Below, in pieces: positions 54,024-60,692 of a stretch of 60,692 bases of DNA. Source of the stretch: Gemmatimonadota bacterium (lineage in GTDB: Bacteria > Latescibacterota > UBA2968 > UBA8231). Where the stretch lies: assembly GCA_038128265.1 (NCBI GenBank), contig JAYPJE010000002.1, positions 95,669 to 156,360 of the forward strand. Reading direction: 5' to 3'. Position numbers and translations under genes: made by a program. The notes under the pieces were generated by a model. It had not been told where the DNA came from. It saw nothing but the letters and a program-made list of their open reading frames with translations, and searched no databases. How positions within the stretch are numbered: position 1 is the first letter of the stretch; each line of letters starts with the position of its first letter.

Positions 54024-54788
54024 ATGGCAGAGATCAATATCCGCGATCTGCTCGAGGCCGGTACCCATTTCGGGCACCAGACCCGCCGCTGGAATCCCAA
54101 GATGCGCCCGTTTATTTTCACCGAGCGCAACAAGATCCACATCATCGACCTGCAAAAGACGGTGGGCAAGATTGAAGAGGCGTGCCAGGTCGTGCGCGAG
54201 ACGGCACGCGCAGGCAAGTCAATTCTCTTTGTCGGCACGAAAAAGCAGGCAGCCGATATCATCCGCCAGGAAGCCGAGCGCTGCGAGCAGTTTTACGTCA
54301 CGGATCGCTGGTTGGGCGGCATGCTGACGAACTGGCCTACCATTCGCCAGAGCATTCGCCATCTGGACCACCTGGACCGGATTGCGACCGATGGCACCTA
54401 CGACAAGCTCAAGAAAAAGGAAGTGCTGCTGCTCGAAAAGGAGCGCGCTCGCCTGGTGCGCACGCTGACGGGTATCCGCAATATGGGCGGCATTCCCGGT
54501 CTGGTCGTCATCGTCGATATCCGCAAAGAGCACATCGCCGTTCGCGAGGCGACCAAACTATCCATTCCCTCGGTTGCCATCGTCGATACCAACTGCGATC
54601 CGGGCTTGGTCGACTATCCGATTCCCGGTAACGACGATGCCATTCGCTCCATTGGCCTGATTGCCCAATACCTGGCCGACGCCGTCATTGAGGGACGGGC
54701 GGAGGCGGCCGCAGCTAAGGGTGAGGACAAGGAAGAGGCCGTTGAGGCACCAGCGCAAGCGGCCGAAGAGGCCCAAGCGGCACAATAA
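54024..54788 (+). CDS. rpsB: 30S ribosomal protein S2
   Basis: LLEAG.HFGHQTRRWNPKM, ILFVGTKKQA, RWLGGMLTN, DTNCDP...DYPIPGNDDAIRS. SD AGGAG. Confidence 0.98.
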   Translation: MAEINIRDLLEAGTHFGHQTRRWNPKMRPFIFTERNKIHIIDLQKTVGKIEEACQVVRETARAGKSILFVGTKKQAADIIRQEAERCEQFYVTDRWLGGMLTNWPTIRQSIRHLDHLDRIATDGTYDKLKKKEVLLLEKERARLVRTLTGIRNMGGIPGLVVIVDIRKEHIAVREATKLSIPSVAIVDTNCDPGLVDYPIPGNDDAIRSIGLIAQYLADAVIEGRAEAAAAKGEDKEEAVEAPAQAAEEAQAAQ

Positions 54789-54843
54789 GTCCATACGTAT
54801 CGCAAGTGAGCATTTCCAAATCCAAATAGCAGAGTAGAATCAA

Positions 54844-55443
54844 ATGGCAGAAATATCGGCAAAAGCAGTGATGCAGCTTCGCAAGCAGACGGGGCTGGGC
54901 ATGATGGACTGCAAGAAGGCCTTGCAGGAGACCGAAGGGGATGTAGACAAGGCGGTTGAGTACCTGCGCAAGCAGGGGTTAGCCGCCGTTGAGAAACGCG
55001 CAGGGCGCGATGCGACCGATGGGCTCATCGTTTCCTATATCCATCCGGGTAGCCGCCTCGGCGTGCTGGTCGAAGTCAACTGTGAGACCGACTTCGTTGC
55101 GCGCACGGACGACTTTCAGCAATTCGCGCGCGATGTGGCCATGCACATAGCCGCCGCCCAGCCGCTGGCTGTGGATCGCGACGGCATTGCCGCACAGGTT
55201 CTGGAAAAAGAGCGGGATATATATCTCGAACAGGCTAAGAATGAGGGCAAGCCAGAAAACATTGCCGAGAAGATCGTTCAAGGGCGCGTCGAGAAGTTCT
55301 TTCAGGAAAATTGCCTGATGGAACAGCCGTTTGTTAAGAATCCCGACCAGACGATTGATGAGATGATCGTCGAGTTAACGGCAAAAATCGGCGAGAAAAT
55401 CGGTGTGCGCCGTTTCGCTAGCTTCCGTCTAGGCGAAGAATAG
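54844..55443 (+). CDS. tsf: elongation factor Ts (short ~200 aa type)
   Basis: LR..TG.GMMDCKKAL, EVNCETDFVA, AMHIAA..P, KIGEKI.VRRF. Confidence 0.98.
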   Translation: MAEISAKAVMQLRKQTGLGMMDCKKALQETEGDVDKAVEYLRKQGLAAVEKRAGRDATDGLIVSYIHPGSRLGVLVEVNCETDFVARTDDFQQFARDVAMHIAAAQPLAVDRDGIAAQVLEKERDIYLEQAKNEGKPENIAEKIVQGRVEKFFQENCLMEQPFVKNPDQTIDEMIVELTAKIGEKIGVRRFASFRLGEE

Positions 55444-55484
55444 CGCGCGGCGATTCCGCGCAGCGCAAGCGGGGTGAAACAGAT

Positions 55485-56045
55485 ATGTTAGACGAAGTGC
55501 TTGAAGATGTGAAGAGCCATATGGACAGCGCGATCGATGCGCTGCGCCGCGATTTGGCGGGCATTCGCACGGGGCGGGCGTCAACGGCGATGTTAGAGCA
55601 TTTAAAGGTAGCCTACTACGGCAATCAATCGCCGATCAACCAGGTTGCCACGCTCAGCGTGCCCGAGCCCAGGTTGATAGTGGTAAAACCCTGGGAAGCC
55701 AGTCTGATTCCAGAAATTGAAAAGGCGATCCGCGCGGAAAAGAGCCTCGGCCTCAACCCTTCCAACGACGGAACAATAATTCGTTTGCCGATTCCCGAAT
55801 TGACGGAAGAGCGTCGGCGCGACTTTACCAAGATCGCTCGCCAGCGCAGCGAGGACGCGCGTGTTGCGGTGCGTCATGCGCGCCGCGATGGCAACGACAT
55901 GCTGCAGGATGCGCAGAAGGAAGGCGAGCTGTCTGAGGATGAATCGCGCCAGGGCCAGGAACAGGTACAAAAGCTCACGGATGATTATATCGCCCGCATA
56001 GACGAAATAACCAAGAATAAAGAGGCGGAGATCATGGAAGTGTAG
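55485..56045 (+). CDS. frr: ribosome recycling factor
   Basis: IRTGRAS, YYG...P.NQVA, LGLNP.NDG..IR..IPELTEERR, VQKLTD, KE.EIMEV. Confidence 0.98.
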   Translation: MLDEVLEDVKSHMDSAIDALRRDLAGIRTGRASTAMLEHLKVAYYGNQSPINQVATLSVPEPRLIVVKPWEASLIPEIEKAIRAEKSLGLNPSNDGTIIRLPIPELTEERRRDFTKIARQRSEDARVAVRHARRDGNDMLQDAQKEGELSEDESRQGQEQVQKLTDDYIARIDEITKNKEAEIMEV

Positions 56046-56100
56046 ATCGACGCAGCTAAGCGGTGCAAAGCGGTCTATTTCCCCAGTGGAATAGGCCGCT

Positions 56101-56598
56101 TTACCTTTTTTTGCCCTTGTTGAGACGGCCTATTTTATCGAGCAATTGGTTTTCTATCTGGCCGCGATTTTTCTGTAGGGTTTGGGGTGGGGCTTCATCT
56201 TTGGCGGCTGCAGGGGGGCTTGGAAGGGCTTCTCGGGGGATGGGGTTTTGGGTTGCGGATGCCGCCATTTCCTCGCCGTGTAAGCGAATCTTATAAGCCT
56301 GTAAATGGGCTAGATCTGCGTAGTTGAGTAGGTGGGCTTGTCGCTCTACCAAGGCGATGTTCAGGCCGTCTAGGGCTTCTTCGGCGCGCTGTCGCAGATC
56401 TGCCACGCGCTCATCATCTATCGCCTGCAGCGCCGCTGACTGTCGAGCGATTTCTTCATCAAGGAGGTGGCGTCTGCCGTTGAGTAGGCGCAGCTGTGTA
56501 ATGGCCTCTCTATTGCGCCGATAGATCCAGATGAGGACGAGCGCGGCCAGCGCCGCAAGTGCGGTGAGCGATATGATGAGGTATGCGGTGCTCGTCAT
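56101..56598 (-). CDS. hypothetical membrane-anchored coiled-coil protein
   Basis: N-terminal TM helix followed by YRR, then a helical body. Fills the gap between frr and the next gene. Confidence 0.6.
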   Translation of the reverse strand: MTSTAYLIISLTALAALAALVLIWIYRRNREAITQLRLLNGRRHLLDEEIARQSAALQAIDDERVADLRQRAEEALDGLNIALVERQAHLLNYADLAHLQAYKIRLHGEEMAASATQNPIPREALPSPPAAAKDEAPPQTLQKNRGQIENQLLDKIGRLNKGKKR

Positions 56599-56703
56599 GG
56601 GTGTAAGGCTTGTAATGGGGGAGATCTATCCGTTAATTTATTATCGAACAATGAGGTTGGCAAACGCATCGTTTGCCGCGTTTAAACGGGAATGGAAAGC
56701 AAT

Positions 56704-57348
56704 ATGTCCGAAGGTCGTGAAGGAAACGACTCCTTAGAAGATCTGCGCGCTGAGATTGCGCGCCTACAGCAAGAGAATGAAAAGCTTCGCGCCAGCAATC
56801 GCCGGTGGATGCGCATTGCGGGTACGGATGATTTAACGGGGTTACCCAACAAGGTGTACTTTTCGTCGGTTATTTTACCGCAGGTCATAAGTCAGGCCAA
56901 AGCGGGTGGAGAAAGTTTTGTTTGTATTATAATTACCCCAGATAAGCTGGGTGAGATCAATCAGAATTACGGGCGGACTGCCGGCGACCAAGTCGTTTGC
57001 GATATGGCGAAATTTTTAAAAGAGCATATAGAAAAAAATGAGAAGATCATCCATAGCGACGGCGCCAATTTTATACTGCTCATTCCCAACGGCGGGGAAG
57101 AGGCGTGCAAACGGCGGACGCGTCAGATGCGCGCTCGGATTGTATCGCGCCAGTTTGAATGCGGAAGCAGTTCGGTTAGCTTGACGCTCAGTATGGGCAC
57201 TGTTATCGTCGAACCCGACCCGTTCAACGAAGCCATACAGGCTAAGGATGTGGCGGACCAGATAATGCACCGATTGAGTGCGGCGCTGGACCAGGTAAAA
57301 AAAGCCGGGGGTGATCAGATCGTAGACGGCGAAGCCGTGAAGTGCTGA
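56704..57348 (+). CDS. coiled-coil + degenerate GGDEF domain protein
   Basis: DDLTGLPN, IN..YG...GDQV, LTLSMG, KKAGGD, but HSDGANF stands in place of RxGGDEF. Confidence 0.8.
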   Translation: MSEGREGNDSLEDLRAEIARLQQENEKLRASNRRWMRIAGTDDLTGLPNKVYFSSVILPQVISQAKAGGESFVCIIITPDKLGEINQNYGRTAGDQVVCDMAKFLKEHIEKNEKIIHSDGANFILLIPNGGEEACKRRTRQMRARIVSRQFECGSSSVSLTLSMGTVIVEPDPFNEAIQAKDVADQIMHRLSAALDQVKKAGGDQIVDGEAVKC

Positions 57349-57378
57349 CGTGTTAGATTTGCGTACAGAGGGCTGTTG

Positions 57379-58251
57379 ATGCTCGCCTCGCTCGTCCTCT
57401 CAACCCGCCCCCGCCAGTGGGTTAAAAATGTCTTTGTCTTTCCTGCGCTCCTATTTTCCCAGCACCTTTTTGATGTAGACTACGTAGTGCGCAGCGCGGT
57501 TGCAGCGCTGTGCTTTTGCCTGCTGAGCGGGGCAGTATACCTGTTTAACGACGTGCTCGATAGGGAGCGCGATCGACTGCACCCAACAAAGAGCAAGCGC
57601 CCCATCGCCTCCGGTCGTCTGCCGGTGCCGCTGGCACTGGTCGTATCATTCTGTTTGGGTGCCGTGGGAATCGGGAGCAGCTTTGTCTTGCACGCTGACT
57701 TTGGCTGGGTGGCGCTGGCCTATGCTCTGATGAATCTCGCGTACTCGCTGCACCTAAAGCACGTCGTGCTGTTGGATGTGCTTATCGTGGCCGCGGGCTT
57801 TCTCCTGCGCGCCCTGGGTGGCGCGCTCGCTATTCAGGTGTACATATCGACTTGGTTTGTGCTCTGCACGTTTATGCTGGCGCTTTTTTTGGCGCTGGTT
57901 AAGCGGCGCCAAGAACTGGTTGTACTCGATGAAAAGGCCGGTCAGCACCGGGCCATTCTCGAGGAATATAGCCTGCCTTTTCTCGATCAGATCATATCCG
58001 TATTGACCGCATCAACCTTGGTGTGCTACGCGCTGTATGCGATGGGCGTCGGCGACGAGGCCGGAATGGGTGCGCGCATGCAGTGGACCATTCCCTTTGT
58101 TCTGTACGGAGTGCTGCGCTATCTCTACGTTGTCTATCATCAGGGCCAAGGGGAAAATCCCACTACCGTTGTCTGGCGTGATCGGCCGTTACAGGTGTGC
58201 GGTGTGCTGTGGATCCTCGCCTCGGCCTATGGCGTATATATCGTGCAATAG
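57379..58251 (+). CDS. UbiA-family prenyltransferase, decaprenyl-phosphate phosphoribosyltransferase-like
   Basis: RP.QW.KN.FV, YLFND..D...DR.HP.K..RPIASG, YSL.LKH...LDV, KRRQEL, HR..L..Y, TIPFV.YG..RY. Confidence 0.88.
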   Translation: MLASLVLSTRPRQWVKNVFVFPALLFSQHLFDVDYVVRSAVAALCFCLLSGAVYLFNDVLDRERDRLHPTKSKRPIASGRLPVPLALVVSFCLGAVGIGSSFVLHADFGWVALAYALMNLAYSLHLKHVVLLDVLIVAAGFLLRALGGALAIQVYISTWFVLCTFMLALFLALVKRRQELVVLDEKAGQHRAILEEYSLPFLDQIISVLTASTLVCYALYAMGVGDEAGMGARMQWTIPFVLYGVLRYLYVVYHQGQGENPTTVVWRDRPLQVCGVLWILASAYGVYIVQ

Positions 58252-58516
58252 GCCATTCGGAGTCTGGTGGTTTGCCGTACCTCGGGCTGCCTGGGTAGTA
58301 TTTCTATTCTGGATAAATGTCCGGGCGCAAAATTTTTCTTGTTCTGATTTATTTCCTCGGGTATATATAGCATAGGTGTTTGCTCGGTAGCGCTAGTTAA
58401 GGTGAAATAACGAGAGGCTATCGGCTCGCTGTGTCTTTTGCCCGCGGTGCCGAATGGGGTTCCTGCCTCGTAATTGCGGTTTACATATCGTGATCGCATC
58501 AGACGGAGTGCTGGTA

Positions 58517-60442
58517 TTGGCACGATCCGAAATAGCGCGTCTGCTTGTCGCAATAGGGCTTGTTCTCTGCATACAGCACAGTGATGCGCTGACTATTTAC
58601 CGCATCGGCGGCGCAGAGCGACCTGCTCCGGAGATTGCCGCCCCGTACGAGTTTATACAGCTAGACTGGGCTGATGCGGACCCCAATGTGCACGGTGTGT
58701 TGGATCAGCTAACTGTTGACGGTGGTTCCATACAACCCAAACGCCTCGATCCGGATATCAACCTGACCCCCCTAATTGAAAGTGAGTTGGGCGGTGAGAT
58801 CCTCATTCTAGAGTGGGCCGGCTGGAAGAATCGCGAGGACGAGGATGCTGTTATTTTTGACGGCAATCCCGAGACGGCCTATTTGGGAGACGGTCACTAT
58901 GTGCGGGTATCGGGGCTGGGGCCGCAGAAGAAGTACTGGCTGTTTGATTTAAACGGTCGATTCCTACTCGACCGCGTTCGCATTTTTCCGCGCGAAAAAT
59001 TTAGGACCCATCGGTTTATCGAGAAATTTCTAATCGGTATCAACGACGGCGATCCACTCAAAGACGGGACCCGCGACTACCGACTGCGCTTTGCCGACTT
59101 TGACGTCGACGTAGTGCACGATATCAGCGAGAACGCTCGCCCCGATCTAGAGTTGCCCATTCCGAGAGTGCCGGTGCGCTTCCTGCTTTTTGAAGGACCT
59201 GAGAACACCCGCGGAATTTGGGAGGTTGCCGAGTTTGAAATCTACGGTGCGGGTCCTGCGCCATTTGCAAGCTATGTATCTAATGTGATAGACCTTGGTG
59301 CACCGGCCAGTATTGGCCCTCTGACCTGGCGTGGGACGCTGGATCCGGGCGGGCAGATCGAATTCAAGCTGCGTGCGGGCGCTGATAGCGACCCCAACAA
59401 CTACTGGCGCTTGACATTCAGGGGCGATGAGCGCAGCCGTTTCGACGAGCGTGGGAAGCCGTTGGACCTACAGTCCTATCAGCAGGTGGAGTCGGGGGCC
59501 AAAGCGGGTATTACTCACGATTCAGAGAACTGGGCGTTCTGGACGACGGCATTTCCATTTGCTGCGGGCAGCGGGAGTATGGGGTCGCTGCGGCCGCAGC
59601 AGTACCTGCAGGTGCGCGCTGACTTTGAGTCGACTGAAAATGCCAGCAGTCGGCTCGACTACCTGCAGTTTGCGGTGTCTATACCGCCTATGGCTAGCGC
59701 GGCCTTGGCTGAAATTGCGCCGGTATCGGTGTCCTCCGGTGAGGTGGTTGCGTTCACATATATGATTAAGCCGCGTTTCCTACCTGGAGATCTCGGTTTT
59801 GACACCATTTCAATCGATACGCCAGCCCGAGTTGGCGGTGTCGATGCGGTGCGGATTGGCGGGCGCGCCGTCGAGTTTACGCTGTTATATAGCACTTCTT
59901 CGGGTTTTGCAATCCGGATCCCACCAATGGATACCCAACTGACGGATGAACTGATCGAAGTGGATTTCCGTGGCGAAGTCTTCAAGTTTGGCACGGTGTT
60001 TACAGGCAGTTTGTCGCACAGCGAAAAGCCGCATGAAATCGCACAGGGGCTGATCCCGGGAGATGCCAATCCGCTCTTTGATGGCGACCGTCTGCAGGTG
60101 GATTTAGTCGATATCGGCCACCAGACTATTCGGGTGCTACGCCTTTCATCGCCGGTGTGCACTCCCAATGGAGATGGGGTTAACGATCGCCTGCTGATCG
60201 AGTACGATCTGCTCAATCTGAGCGGTGGCGTTCCGGTGCGAATGGTGATCTACGACCTGGCTGGGCGCGCTTTGGGAAGCATTGTGGAAGAGAGGGCGGG
60301 CAGTGGTCGGACTCAGGTAGAGTGGGCTGGTCGCCTAGCTGACGGTTCGCTACTCGTTCCGGGTCTATATGTTCTGCGCTTAGAGGTAGAAGCAGATAGT
60401 GGATTAGATGTGGTCGAGCGCGTCGTCTCCATTGCCTATTGA
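58517..60442 (+). CDS. large secreted protein with C-terminal FlgD-Ig-like / 'TPNGDG.ND' domain
   Basis: Signal-like N-terminus after GGAG (TTG 58517; ORF open from 58454), discoidin-like 'FDGNPET...DL.G.F...R.R.FP...VAEFEIYG', C-terminal CTPNGDGVND..IYDLAGR..W.GR..DG....PGLY. Confidence 0.75.
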   Translation: MARSEIARLLVAIGLVLCIQHSDALTIYRIGGAERPAPEIAAPYEFIQLDWADADPNVHGVLDQLTVDGGSIQPKRLDPDINLTPLIESELGGEILILEWAGWKNREDEDAVIFDGNPETAYLGDGHYVRVSGLGPQKKYWLFDLNGRFLLDRVRIFPREKFRTHRFIEKFLIGINDGDPLKDGTRDYRLRFADFDVDVVHDISENARPDLELPIPRVPVRFLLFEGPENTRGIWEVAEFEIYGAGPAPFASYVSNVIDLGAPASIGPLTWRGTLDPGGQIEFKLRAGADSDPNNYWRLTFRGDERSRFDERGKPLDLQSYQQVESGAKAGITHDSENWAFWTTAFPFAAGSGSMGSLRPQQYLQVRADFESTENASSRLDYLQFAVSIPPMASAALAEIAPVSVSSGEVVAFTYMIKPRFLPGDLGFDTISIDTPARVGGVDAVRIGGRAVEFTLLYSTSSGFAIRIPPMDTQLTDELIEVDFRGEVFKFGTVFTGSLSHSEKPHEIAQGLIPGDANPLFDGDRLQVDLVDIGHQTIRVLRLSSPVCTPNGDGVNDRLLIEYDLLNLSGGVPVRMVIYDLAGRALGSIVEERAGSGRTQVEWAGRLADGSLLVPGLYVLRLEVEADSGLDVVERVVSIAY

Positions 60443-60591
60443 CCTGGTCGTGATGATGGGACGACGCGTTTTTAACAACCTAGCCGCCGCACGCATTGCA
60501 CGGGGCCGTGAGATCTTCTTGTAAACGATGCGGAATTTGGTGGCGTGTTTGAAGGGGTTGGGCTTATTTTCGTAGGACAATGGGATGCCAT

Positions 60592-60626
60592 AAAAAAAGG
60601 TCTGCTAAGCGATTGATTAGCAGACC
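60592..60626 (-). terminator. intrinsic terminator downstream of tRNA-Ala
   Basis: Stem AGGTCTGCTAA/TTAGCAGACCT with an A-run on the left, which is the U-tract on the minus strand. Confidence 0.82.
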
Positions 60627-60637
60627 TCGGATTTTTT

Positions 60638-60692
60638 TGGTGGAGCTGGACGGGATCGAACCGACGACCTCAGGCTTGCAAAGCCCGCGCTC
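60638..60692 (-). tRNA. tRNA-Ala(TGC), 5' end truncated by the window edge
   Basis: Reverse complement: GAGCG-CGGGC-TT-TGC-AA-GCCTG-AGGTC-GTCGG-TTCGATC-CCGTC-CAGCTCC-A-CCA. TTCGA loop, U70 Ala determinant and encoded CCA are present. Confidence 0.93.

Noticed and set aside
58252..60692. Genomic island integrated at tRNA-Ala
   Set aside because: No integrase is present, and I found no duplicate of the tRNA 3' end within the window.
1..60692. CRISPR array, IS element or prophage
   Set aside because: No regularly spaced repeats, transposase, integrase or phage genes were seen. The repeats present are paralogous coding domains.

Overview
GC-rich bacterial chromosomal segment from a diderm (it encodes L- and P-rings). 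The gene styles would fit a Latescibacterota/FCB-related lineage, but that is inference only. The window is dominated by a ~27 kb late flagellar cluster (4.7-31.9 kb): flgFGAHIJNKL-fliW-csrA, two giant multi-domain glycosyltransferase/TPR genes, three tandem flagellins, flaG, a 1218-aa repeat-expanded FliD, fliS, a fliT-like gene and a tandem-domain FlgM. Two further flagellins form a divergent pair at 47.3-50.0 kb. Much of the regulatory wiring can be read from the DNA: two near-identical sigma54 promoters (flgF and flagellin 1), five sigma28 promoters (flagellins 2-5 and flgM), and CsrA-type GGA hairpins over four flagellin Shine-Dalgarno sequences. The most promising candidate for an undescribed system is this five-flagellin filament module with its 7-domain glycosylation line, giant cap, double FlgM and one deviant flagellin lacking the FliW-contact Asn. 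The rest is housekeeping with several oddities: hrcA-grpE-dnaJ without dnaK, rpsB-tsf-frr without pyrH, an RnhB-YraN fusion, IspDF, a fused ECF ATPase, a Ser-less alpha/beta-hydrolase behind a leader terminator, a degenerate GGDEF protein and near-leaderless promoters. The window ends in a partial tRNA-Ala(TGC). No CRISPR array, transposase or integrase was seen.
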